From a virus (taxonomy: Duplodnaviria > Caudoviricetes): a stretch of DNA of 62,171 nt. Numbering within the stretch: the first letter of the stretch is position 1; each line of letters opens with the position of its first letter. Location of the stretch: positions 1 to 62,171 of the IMG/VR virus record IMGVR_UViG_3300044613_000656; one strand, written 5' to 3'. A program made the translations under genes and the position numbers. Positions 35,370 through 44,557 of this stretch are shown here, one piece after another. The notes beneath the pieces are model-generated. The model did no database searches and was not told the DNA's origin. It saw only the letters and a program-made list of their open reading frames with translations.

Positions 35370-37844
35370 ATGGCTCGGGTACTTAGACACCCAGCGCTGA
35401 AAGAACCGCTGGTGTTCCCCAAAGGAACATCTGATTTTGATATGTATGCCGCCTTGGCAGACAAGTTGTTTCCTGTCGAAGAATTGCCACCACCCCCAAA
35501 GGAAGAGGCTGGGTTTACAGGTGGGTTTGGCGAGGGCATTTCAACCCTTGGGGGTTTACCCGAGTCCGTCAAATATCTATTTAGTCCTACTGCTGAACGC
35601 CGTAAGGCTGCGGCAGAGGCTGGTGAATCTGAATACGATTTTCAACGGCTAAAGGAAATTGAAGGTCTTGGTGGTCTTGGTAGGTTTGTTAAAGAACAGG
35701 CCGGTACTGCGGCTGGCTTTCTTGCCGCTCCTGTCGCTGCTTCCGTTGCCGCCTCTAGGGTTGCTCCTTTACCCCTCAAACCATTTGCCGCCACCGGTGC
35801 TTTTTTAACTGCCGCTGGTGCTCAATACTTAACCGACACCACTACCCGGCAAGCCGCCGTACAAGAAGGAAGAGTCAAAGAAGGCAAAACGGCAGAACCC
35901 CCCGAAGCCACTAAAATAGCCATGACTTCCGCAGCGCAGGCTGGATTAGATGTGGCTGGCTTCCGTCTTTTCCGTCCGTTAGGTGAAATGATTGGTTTGG
36001 CTGGTCGAGAAAACGCAGAGAAGATTGCTAAAGAAGTTGCTGAAACCGCCGCTAAAGACCCAGTAAAAGCCGCTGAGAAACTACTTGGTAAAAAGAGTAT
36101 TGCCGCCGGTGTTGCCACAGGTGCCGCATTTGAAGCCGCCCAAGAGGTCGCGCAACAAGCGCTTGAGCGTTATGGTGCTGGTTTGGACTTGGCTAGTGAC
36201 GATGCCTTAGAAGAATATTTTGAATCTGCGGTAGGCGGTGGAATACTTGGTGGCCCGATAGGTGGCGTCTCTACTTATGCTGGGAACATCCGTAAAGGTG
36301 TTTATAGCAAAGACTACGTTCAGCAAGTCGCTGATGCGGTGCAGGGTAAACAGATAAATCTAGGTCAAGAGTGGGATAACTACAGTAAACAAATACAGGT
36401 TGATGCTCCTGCATTTGATTTAACGGATGATCAAGGTAACTTTTTGCCATACACCCCTGACTTGTTAGAGCGTCTAGGGATTAACCCAGAAGCCAAAGCC
36501 ATCAATATTGGTGGCAAGCAACGTGTCACTATCCCAATGAAAGACGTTCTTGAGGCCGACACTGGTAATGAAACTATTGGCACGGCACTACTTAGTATGT
36601 TCCGTAATGACCGGTTTAAGTTAGGCGAAGAAATTAAGCGTGACTCTAAACGGATGGAGGCAGACGAGTTAGCCCAAAAGATCAAAGACTATGAAACGCT
36701 AACTGCTGCTGTAAAAACTTACGAAGCATTTTTTAATCCAAGACAGGCTGTTAACTCACCAAGTAATTTTGTGGTGCAGCAATCTCCAACAGACCCGAAA
36801 AAGTTTATAGTATTTAACCCTGTCACTGGTAAGAATGTTGCTAACCAAAACTTTGCTAGTGCTGAGAACGCTCAAAAGTATATTGACGGGAAACTAGAGC
36901 AAGAGAAAAAAGGTAAGGTTGGCCCAGAAGTGCTTGTGGCTGGGGACTTAGAGATCCAGCCTGATCCGGTTAAGGCCGGGGTGTTCACCGTCTTTAATAA
37001 AAAGACTAACAAGTACGATACTAAGAAAGAGTTTAAGAGCGAAGCAGAAGCACAAGAGTACATTAATACCAAACTTGGTATCCCTGCTAAACCGACTGCC
37101 CCAACTGCGCCTACAGAAACACCGGAAGATATTGCCGCTCGTCAGGCTAAAGAGGCTAGGGATCAACTCTACAAAGACCTTGCCGGGCGCTATCCACAGA
37201 ATCCAGATGCTGTAAAAGAAATTACACAGATGGCAGAAGATCTGGAGGCTACGATGTCTCCAGCCGAAGCCTTGGCTCAAGCAGAAACAACTTACTTACA
37301 AGACCAAGAGACTACGACAGAAGTTGCCCCTGAAGTTGCCCCTGAAGTTGCCCCTGAAGTTGCCCCTGAAGTTGCCCCTGAAGTTGCGCCAGAAGTTACT
37401 GCCGCACCCGCACCCACACCGGCCTCTCCGCCTAAAGCGCCTCGCACTCGCAAAAAGCCTACGGGTCAGCCATATGAAAAATACACGGCGCAGATGCGGG
37501 AGATGCTGGCTGGGGTAGACCCAGAGAGTGGGTTGGCTGAAGATCTGAATGAGTTTGTTAATCTGGCCGAAGAGTCCAAAGATGCAACCATAGCAAAAGA
37601 ACTTTCACAGTTAGCCCAGACTTATGCTCAGGCCACTAAGGATTCGGTCAATCCTAAGTTGTCGCAAACTGAACAAGATAATGCGACTCAGAGGGCTACT
37701 AATATTTTTAGTATGCTTGATGAACTACGAGATCGGGCTACGCCCAGCAATCCCGCTGAGATAAAGGCGGCTAAAGATGCAACAGGAAACGCTGGTACTG
37801 GTAATAAAGTAGCGGCTAAAGTTACAAAGGATGTTTGTGGCTAA
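35370..37844 (+). CDS. Large internal virion protein, part 1
   Basis: 824 aa; EAAQEVAQQALER..AG motif; duplicated beta module; EVAP linker. Confidence 0.7.
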   Translation: MARVLRHPALKEPLVFPKGTSDFDMYAALADKLFPVEELPPPPKEEAGFTGGFGEGISTLGGLPESVKYLFSPTAERRKAAAEAGESEYDFQRLKEIEGLGGLGRFVKEQAGTAAGFLAAPVAASVAASRVAPLPLKPFAATGAFLTAAGAQYLTDTTTRQAAVQEGRVKEGKTAEPPEATKIAMTSAAQAGLDVAGFRLFRPLGEMIGLAGRENAEKIAKEVAETAAKDPVKAAEKLLGKKSIAAGVATGAAFEAAQEVAQQALERYGAGLDLASDDALEEYFESAVGGGILGGPIGGVSTYAGNIRKGVYSKDYVQQVADAVQGKQINLGQEWDNYSKQIQVDAPAFDLTDDQGNFLPYTPDLLERLGINPEAKAINIGGKQRVTIPMKDVLEADTGNETIGTALLSMFRNDRFKLGEEIKRDSKRMEADELAQKIKDYETLTAAVKTYEAFFNPRQAVNSPSNFVVQQSPTDPKKFIVFNPVTGKNVANQNFASAENAQKYIDGKLEQEKKGKVGPEVLVAGDLEIQPDPVKAGVFTVFNKKTNKYDTKKEFKSEAEAQEYINTKLGIPAKPTAPTAPTETPEDIAARQAKEARDQLYKDLAGRYPQNPDAVKEITQMAEDLEATMSPAEALAQAETTYLQDQETTTEVAPEVAPEVAPEVAPEVAPEVAPEVTAAPAPTPASPPKAPRTRKKPTGQPYEKYTAQMREMLAGVDPESGLAEDLNEFVNLAEESKDATIAKELSQLAQTYAQATKDSVNPKLSQTEQDNATQRATNIFSMLDELRDRATPSNPAEIKAAKDATGNAGTGNKVAAKVTKDVCG
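37320..37397 (+). repeat. 12-nt coding tandem repeat (EVAP x6)
   Basis: GAAGTTGCCCCT x5, GAAGTTGCGCCA, GAAGTT. Confidence 0.95.
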
Positions 37845-40800
37845 GATACCTAAATCCTACTGTGGGCTAAGTGGCTCAACTCCTAGCGTATCCCGTCCGC
37901 GTCAGGCGGTGGGAGAGTTTCTTGCTGGCCCAATCCAGACTGTTCTGGATATGTCTTCAGACACATATAACAAAATAAAGAATGAAAGCCTACAAGCCCT
38001 TAAGTTTACGTGGCACATCGTTGAAAGATTAGAGCAACTAGGTGTACCTCAAGCCGCCAAAATAAATGACTACCTAAAAAGACAGCGTGCTTACAACGAG
38101 AAAATGAAACGCTACGCCGAGACCGTAATTGGCCCGATGGTGCGTATGAACGCTGTAAGTAAAGAAGCCGCCGCTAAACTGGATGAGATAGGCGCCATCG
38201 CTACGATTGCTGAGATTAACCCGTTTAACTCTAAAAGTCGTTATGCCGCTGATAACACAGACTTAAGCGAGGATCTTCGGAAACTTAATCTGGACAAGGT
38301 TGAGATTGATGATGTCAAGATGTCTAAGACTGAGGCTTGGGACTTATTAAATGCAGAACTCAAGAAGGCTGACGATATCTTTAAGCGAGATTGGAAAGCC
38401 CAGAACGGTGCTAAACCTGTACCATCAGAGATTTTGCCGTCTTCAAATTTAAAAAGTCTTTTTGATTCTTATCAATACTTCCGCAGACAATTGTTGCGAG
38501 GCATCATTCAGTCTCTAAAAGACCGTGCCGGTGAGGGCAATCTTAGAGATTCGCAAGTCTCACCTGAGTTGTTTGAGACTATTGAGAAAACCAAGGCGGA
38601 ATTTGCTAAGGCAAATAATGATGCTTATCTCAAGTTAATGCGCTCTGGTCGCTATGTAGTCAACACCTATGAAGTTACAGGAACTGATGAAGATACAGGT
38701 GAGCCACTGCTAACCGTTGGAGAATCTCGCTTTTTTGAAAGCCGGGCTGAGGCCAGAAGATTTGCTCAAGAGCAAGAGCGGTTGCTTGGTAGGGATTTTG
38801 TTAAGGCATTTAAGAAGTCCAACATCGAACAACTCCTCTATACCCCCGGGGGTCGCGCTCCGGTCAATGCTTTCTTTGACAAGATTAAGCCTGCGCTTGC
38901 AGCAATTAAGCCCGTATCTACACCGGGAAGTGCCACTTATAGTCAAGAAATGGAGATGATTGACAGTCTGCGGGAGAAAGTTCATCAGGCGTCTCTCCTA
39001 TTGTTCCCAGAAACTTCGATTCGCCGTGACCTAGTAGCCAAACGTAAGGGTACTGAAGGCTTTATGCGGGATATGCTCAAGGTCTATAGCGCGATGGCTG
39101 ACCGTTATTCCAATCAAATTTCGCAACTAGAATACAGCGGTGCGATTAGCCGTGATTTGACTAATCTAAGCAACATCGTTGAGGAAAAAGGCGAAGAAAA
39201 CAAACAGCGTTTTCGTAGTCGGGATGAGCAGGATGAAGCCATAGAGTTGGCCTCAGAACTTACCCGGCGGGTTATGAAAGTGCAACAGGCCCCTTCGTTA
39301 GGCGATCAACTTGCCAATAGTATTAACCAAGCGGGCTTTTTATGGTATCTAGGTTTAAACCCAGCCTCGGCCTTGGTTAACTTGTTACAGGTTCCGGGGG
39401 TAGCACTTCCTTGGTTAAGTGCTCGATTTGAGGGTCAAGTAAGTAACCTAACTGAACTTACCCGTGCGTACAAAACTTTAACTAAATTTGGTAAAAGTTA
39501 CTTAACTGAAGGTACGGCTAGTGAGCGACTAGATCAACTAAAAGTTCTTGATCAAGGGCAACTAAACACTTTGTTTGGGCCAGAGGCAGTCAAAAATGGC
39601 ACAGCCCTTACGGTTGATGAAGTCCGCATGATGGTGGAACTAGACCAATTGGGTGCGTTGCGCTCTGGGATGCAGATTTATGACATCGGCAGTATTGCCA
39701 ATATAGGCGGTGCTTACCCCGGGTCGTTTTCTCATGGCATGTATCTTTTCCAAAGATGGTCAGGATTTGCTTTTCAAAAGGCTGAGTTAGTTAACCGTGA
39801 ATCCACAGCCTTAACTGCTTATCGTCTTGCCCGTTCAAAACCTATGATTGGCAAAGATAAGCCAATGTCGCACGAGGAAGCCATTAAGTTTGCCGAGCAA
39901 GCCGTAGAGAAGTCTCAAGGCGCATATGCCGCTGATCAAGCGGGTCGGATATTTATGAACCCAGCCTTGCGGGTTATCTTGATGTTTAAGAAGTTTCCGG
40001 CTCACATGGCGACCATCTATATCAGGATGTTCCAAGAGATGTTTGGCAACCTAGATCCAAACCTGACTCCTGAGCAACAAAAGAACATTAGACGTATTGC
40101 ACGGCGGCAGTTTACCGGCATGATGGGTATGACTGCGCTTATGTCTGGCGTGGTGGGCATGCCTTTCTACTACATCATCCGTGATGTGATGAACACTCTC
40201 TTTGGCGACGAAGATGAACCGTATAGTTTTGATGTGAACTTGCAAGAATTTTTGGTTGATAACTTTGGCAACACGGTTGGCAACATGATGTTCCGTGGTT
40301 CGTTAGGCGTATCCGGTGCAGATATTGGTTCTCGGGTGTCCTATGAATCATCGTTCCTCCTTGGCGGCACAGAAAAACTGCCATTCATTGGTGGTGTGCT
40401 GGGGCTACGAGATATCAAACAAGGCAAAACTTCTCAGGAAACTCTCTACAACGCCCTCGGAGAAGCCGCTGGTGCTGGCTTTGGTATCGCAGTGGGGGTC
40501 GCTAGAGGTGGGGAAAAAATGGCGCAAGGCGATGTATTTGGAGGTATAGAGACCGCCGCCCCTGCTTTTATTAGAAGCCCCATGAAAGCCTACCGATTTG
40601 CTACCGAGGGAGTATTAACTTCTCGGGGTGATCCAATCATCGAGGACATAACAACTCGGGAAATTATGTTTCAGGCACTTGGACTAACGCCGCAGCGCCT
40701 CTCCACCCAGTACAAGATTAATAACCGAATCAAGGATATGGAGCAGGAGATATTGCAGCGCCGCATGAGTTTAATGGATCAATACGCCAAAGCCGTGCGG

Positions 40801-41046
40801 GAGCGTGACCGTGAAGAAGCCTCAGAAATTATGGAAGAGATTAGGGAGTTCAACAAACGCAACCCCTACAAGGGTGTAGCAATTACTCCTAATACTATTA
40901 AACGCTCCCTAGACAAGCGGGAATCTATCTCGGAAGAAACCCAGAAAGGTATTTTTGTAGCCAAGGGGTTACGGTCTAAGTTCGCCCCCTACCAACGAAT
41001 TGAGGACTTGCTAATTGAGCAAGACTTACTTGGTGACTTAGATTAA
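37831..41046 (+). CDS. Large internal virion protein, part 2
   Basis: 1071 aa helical; YLKLMRSG (PLxRFG-like), NPASALVNLLQ, MFKKFP; possible GTG start at 37837. Confidence 0.75.
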   Translation: MFVAKIPKSYCGLSGSTPSVSRPRQAVGEFLAGPIQTVLDMSSDTYNKIKNESLQALKFTWHIVERLEQLGVPQAAKINDYLKRQRAYNEKMKRYAETVIGPMVRMNAVSKEAAAKLDEIGAIATIAEINPFNSKSRYAADNTDLSEDLRKLNLDKVEIDDVKMSKTEAWDLLNAELKKADDIFKRDWKAQNGAKPVPSEILPSSNLKSLFDSYQYFRRQLLRGIIQSLKDRAGEGNLRDSQVSPELFETIEKTKAEFAKANNDAYLKLMRSGRYVVNTYEVTGTDEDTGEPLLTVGESRFFESRAEARRFAQEQERLLGRDFVKAFKKSNIEQLLYTPGGRAPVNAFFDKIKPALAAIKPVSTPGSATYSQEMEMIDSLREKVHQASLLLFPETSIRRDLVAKRKGTEGFMRDMLKVYSAMADRYSNQISQLEYSGAISRDLTNLSNIVEEKGEENKQRFRSRDEQDEAIELASELTRRVMKVQQAPSLGDQLANSINQAGFLWYLGLNPASALVNLLQVPGVALPWLSARFEGQVSNLTELTRAYKTLTKFGKSYLTEGTASERLDQLKVLDQGQLNTLFGPEAVKNGTALTVDEVRMMVELDQLGALRSGMQIYDIGSIANIGGAYPGSFSHGMYLFQRWSGFAFQKAELVNRESTALTAYRLARSKPMIGKDKPMSHEEAIKFAEQAVEKSQGAYAADQAGRIFMNPALRVILMFKKFPAHMATIYIRMFQEMFGNLDPNLTPEQQKNIRRIARRQFTGMMGMTALMSGVVGMPFYYIIRDVMNTLFGDEDEPYSFDVNLQEFLVDNFGNTVGNMMFRGSLGVSGADIGSRVSYESSFLLGGTEKLPFIGGVLGLRDIKQGKTSQETLYNALGEAAGAGFGIAVGVARGGEKMAQGDVFGGIETAAPAFIRSPMKAYRFATEGVLTSRGDPIIEDITTREIMFQALGLTPQRLSTQYKINNRIKDMEQEILQRRMSLMDQYAKAVRERDREEASEIMEEIREFNKRNPYKGVAITPNTIKRSLDKRESISEETQKGIFVAKGLRSKFAPYQRIEDLLIEQDLLGDLD

Positions 41047-41077
41047 AAAAAGCCCCGGCAAGGAGACTAGCCGGGGC
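41045..41077 (-). terminator. Terminator at convergence of the two gene blocks
   Basis: GCCCCGGC stem with 10-nt loop followed by T7 on - strand. Confidence 0.8.
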
Positions 41078-41122
41078 AAAAGCCCGGAGGAGTACGGGCT
41101 GGAGAAGCCTCTCCATTGTGGG

Positions 41123-41317
41123 CTACGTCCTCCATACCCGCAAGCCTTGTACCCCGTTTTCCACAACAATTCTGTAGACATAAGTAACTGCTCGCTGCTC
41201 CGCCTCTTTACGAAAAGATCTTAGAGTGTCCCCCGGATTTAGACTAGGTATAAAGATAGACGTACCTAGTGTGAAGTTATCCCACGGTATGACAAATTCA
41301 ATCCTGTCTGAGCGCAT
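41123..41317 (-). CDS. Small DNA-binding-like protein
   Basis: W..F.LG.SIFIP...GLRVWR; likely start 41317. Confidence 0.65.
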   Translation of the reverse strand: MRSDRIEFVIPWDNFTLGTSIFIPSLNPGDTLRSFRKEAEQRAVTYVYRIVVENGVQGLRVWRT

Positions 41318-44141
41318 CTTCCGAAGTATCTGTAGGAATCTCAAAGCCCATTTTCTCCGCATCTAGCACTAACGCACTTACCGGGGGTGTGCCGATAAGA
41401 GTCCCCTTAGACATACCTTTTGGCTTGATGCCAATCAGATAGCCTTTTGTTTCCAAGTCTTTTATAACTTCTTTATACGTAACCTGATTCTTAGCGCACT
41501 CGTCTTTTAACTTAGAAGCCACGATGTAGATACGCTTAGTGTCAGGCTCCATACGGATAGACAACTCATCACGCGGTGTCTGTTTGCTGACCATACCGGT
41601 TCGAGCGTCACACGCATCATCAATAATGAGGGCGTTTTGAGCCATGTATTTGAGGATGAACATCGAAATAAAGACCTCTGAATCCTGACCTTTGCTTAAG
41701 GTAGTCTCTCGGATCTCGTCGATCTGACCGCAGTAGAAGTCAAAGAGCCGTTGCAGGGGGTAGTCAATAAGCCCTAAATCTTGAGCAATTTTGCCACCCG
41801 CTAGGTTGACTGCACCAAGTGCCGAATAGAAACGATAGGAGGGAGATAGGTTTAACTTATCAGTAATAGCATCAAAGTATTTTTTTACTAAATCGATTGT
41901 CGCCGCTTTATTAGACTGAACCGCCGTAATGTACGGATACCAAGCATGCCCGTAGTTCTCCATAAGTATTTCGTCAAACAGGGTTACGCCGTCCTTAGTG
42001 GAGATAATGTTGTTTAGACCCATGTGAAACTCGACGCATCGAAAGATCTCCCCTTTGGGCAAGTCTTTAAGTAAATATAGTTTGTCATGGAATGATGAGT
42101 TACTTGTGGCTACCCCGACTGTGCGCCATGTGGTGGTGTTGACCCGCAGAGTATTGGAGTTAGAGTTCATCCGGTCACGACCTCGCCCTTGGGTAATGCC
42201 GTATAAGAAGTTAGACACCTCCTCCGGTTTGGTATTGGTCATCTCGTCAACAGTTAGCGGGATGTTATTTAGCACCCCCATGCGTAGCACCATAGATGCC
42301 TTTGTGTCATCAGCACTGCGTAATGGTTCTTCAGGATGACCCCAGATTGAGTTGATCACCCGAAGCACAGTTGTCTTACCAGAACCGGAATCTTTGTGAA
42401 TCAGGTTTAGCAAAATACCTTTATGGTTACTTGCGATCTTAAGCAGCGGGGCGCCAAACCCAGTTAGTGCCGCAAATCCCTGTGCCTCCATGCCCTCTTT
42501 GGCGTAGGCATTGAAAACTTTTTTCCATTCTTCGATGTTGCCCTTTTCGTGATACCAATCCACCATGTCTGAGGTGGTTACGGTGGGAGGAACGTAGCGT
42601 CTTTTGCCGCTTTCTAATTCCATATCCCCGACTACAAAGGAACCACGTTTTGTCCAACCAAATTGATGGTGGGCGACTTCGGCTTGTTTTTGCACTTGTA
42701 ACTCACCCGCTGATCTAATTAAATAGGCTTGAATCTCTTTCCAATTCATGGAAATCACACCACGCTTGGAGAGTTCTGTTCGCATAGTGTCAGGCCCCGA
42801 CAGGGTAGCCATAGACACTGTAAAGTTTTTAACACCGTCCCTAGGTAGGTGCAGTCGCATCCATGCACTCTCGCCCTCGTTGGGATCGTAGATTCTTTGT
42901 ACTACGTAGAGGTCATGCGGGTAGACCAGCACTTGGTCATCGTCTTTACCCCGCCTATAGATACCACCCTTGCGACCACGGAAGTAAGGATCGGGTAACT
43001 CTGGGATCTCATAGACTATTTCACTAACCGTACCAGAAGCGCTTTCTTCCTTAACGGTTACTTCGGTTTCTTTGGATTCGGCAATCTCTCGACCAAGTAC
43101 GATAGGGCTTTTAATTTTCCCGAGATGTTTACAACCATCACACCCTCCGGGGCGATATTCCGAAAACGTCGTACAAAGGAAGGGGCCTTTGCCTTCACCC
43201 CGAGTATCAGATGCCTTGTTTTCTGTTTCAGTAGGATCATAGTTTGGATGCTTTTCAGATAATTTATGTATTGCACGATCTCTATCTTCGCAGTGTTCCG
43301 CAACGGATAAAGCCGCTCTCCACATGTTGTAGTCTACCTGAGAAGAGTCATGTTGATTTTGATAGATGTGGGCTAGTTGCTGGCACCCCGTACCTTTTGC
43401 GGTACGCAACATAATGTTTTTAAAGTAACATACCTGATTGCCCATTAGCGCTTTGGTTAAAGGGCTGAGATTCTTTTTGCCACTTAGCCCTGCAAGAGGC
43501 TTAGGTGCAACTTCGGGTAAAACACTTTTTATAATGTCTACGCTATAAGTTGTGTCAGGTGGCGACAGGAGCCGAACCTGCCTTGGTGTCTCCTCCTTGA
43601 AATTGTAGGTGTTAGGAACCCTGAGAATCCGTGCCGCATCTGCCGTGCATCCAGCGTCAATTAGCAGACCTTCTTTTAGGCACAACTCTTTTAGGCCATC
43701 GGCAAGGGGTTGCCACTCCTCGCGGGATAACTCCCGATCAAGCACCCAGTACCCATGTATCCCACCGCCCGAATCAACCAAGGCAGGTTCTGGCAACTTA
43801 GTTTTGATTAGAAATTCTTCAAGCGCAAGTAAAGCGGCCTCCTTGTCGAGGTAGCCTTTTAAGGCTTTGGCCTTTTCTTCACCGCAATCAATATCAATCC
43901 ATAACGACTTTATACGTACTACGTTTTCCTGAGCGCGTGGCTTGGGTGCATTAGGATCTTTGAACGTAGCCAGCGCAAAGTAGACGTCTCTTCGCTCGGA
44001 AAGGAAAGTCTTTATGGCTTGGTCTGTATCTTCTAACTTGTCAAAAAACGACTGTATTGCTGGGTGCTGATCGTTCTTCTTCAGTCCCGTAATGCAATAG
44101 TGTCCTTCCCCGGCAAGAATGGCTCTTAAAAATTCTTGCAT
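41298..44141 (-). CDS. Primase-helicase (AEP/RepB-type primase + DUF927 + P-loop helicase)
   Basis: WIDID, SGGGIHGYW, DAARILRVP; Cys cluster; QFGW; SGSGKTT; LTVDE. Confidence 0.88.
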   Translation of the reverse strand: MQEFLRAILAGEGHYCITGLKKNDQHPAIQSFFDKLEDTDQAIKTFLSERRDVYFALATFKDPNAPKPRAQENVVRIKSLWIDIDCGEEKAKALKGYLDKEAALLALEEFLIKTKLPEPALVDSGGGIHGYWVLDRELSREEWQPLADGLKELCLKEGLLIDAGCTADAARILRVPNTYNFKEETPRQVRLLSPPDTTYSVDIIKSVLPEVAPKPLAGLSGKKNLSPLTKALMGNQVCYFKNIMLRTAKGTGCQQLAHIYQNQHDSSQVDYNMWRAALSVAEHCEDRDRAIHKLSEKHPNYDPTETENKASDTRGEGKGPFLCTTFSEYRPGGCDGCKHLGKIKSPIVLGREIAESKETEVTVKEESASGTVSEIVYEIPELPDPYFRGRKGGIYRRGKDDDQVLVYPHDLYVVQRIYDPNEGESAWMRLHLPRDGVKNFTVSMATLSGPDTMRTELSKRGVISMNWKEIQAYLIRSAGELQVQKQAEVAHHQFGWTKRGSFVVGDMELESGKRRYVPPTVTTSDMVDWYHEKGNIEEWKKVFNAYAKEGMEAQGFAALTGFGAPLLKIASNHKGILLNLIHKDSGSGKTTVLRVINSIWGHPEEPLRSADDTKASMVLRMGVLNNIPLTVDEMTNTKPEEVSNFLYGITQGRGRDRMNSNSNTLRVNTTTWRTVGVATSNSSFHDKLYLLKDLPKGEIFRCVEFHMGLNNIISTKDGVTLFDEILMENYGHAWYPYITAVQSNKAATIDLVKKYFDAITDKLNLSPSYRFYSALGAVNLAGGKIAQDLGLIDYPLQRLFDFYCGQIDEIRETTLSKGQDSEVFISMFILKYMAQNALIIDDACDARTGMVSKQTPRDELSIRMEPDTKRIYIVASKLKDECAKNQVTYKEVIKDLETKGYLIGIKPKGMSKGTLIGTPPVSALVLDAEKMGFEIPTDTSEDALRQD

Positions 44142-44144
44142 TAT

Positions 44145-44381
44145 TTACTCGGCTAAATTTTTTATGAAGTCTTGGATTTCTTTTACAGAAACCTTCCTTG
44201 GCTCACGTTCTCCAGCGAACCAGTAATACACGCCTGATCTTGTCATACCAAAGTAACTTGCCACAGTTTGCACGGGCACGTTCTTCGCAATACATATTCT
44301 GCCCAACTGCACACCAATCTTAGACTGATCTGCCTCGGCGTTCTTTTTTACGATTGAAAGTGTGTAGCCGACCACGGTCAT
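44145..44381 (-). CDS. Small HTH DNA-binding protein
   Basis: VQTVASYFGMTRSGVYYWFAG; start at ATG 44381 or GTG 44375. Confidence 0.75.
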   Translation of the reverse strand: MTVVGYTLSIVKKNAEADQSKIGVQLGRICIAKNVPVQTVASYFGMTRSGVYYWFAGEREPRKVSVKEIQDFIKNLAE

Positions 44382-44476
44382 CCCCAGTAAGTAAAAGGTG
44401 TCGGGATCCACTAACCTCGCCCGACGCGAGTTGAGCCTCACCTAATGGATGGCGTTCCTAGGGGTAGGAAGGGGGA

Positions 44477-44552
44477 GGGGTACTAGCAGGGTGTGTCCAA
44501 CAACCGCATCTCACGCTCATAACATGAAACAGTTATTCCCCTGCTTTCCCCC
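44477..44552 (-). ncRNA. Candidate structured RNA with loop-E/sarcin-ricin motif
   Basis: GGGG-GAA-AGCAGGG ... CCCUGCU-AGUA-CCCC closing two internal hairpins. Confidence 0.55.
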
Positions 44553-44557
44553 ATAAC

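Noticed and set aside
2176-41046. Stop-codon reassignment
   Set aside because: TAG, TGA and TAA all end genes cleanly with tight coupling and core genes are full length
44380-44557. tRNA in the structured intergenic region
   Set aside because: No TTCRA T-loop or cloverleaf; no tRNA recognised anywhere by eye
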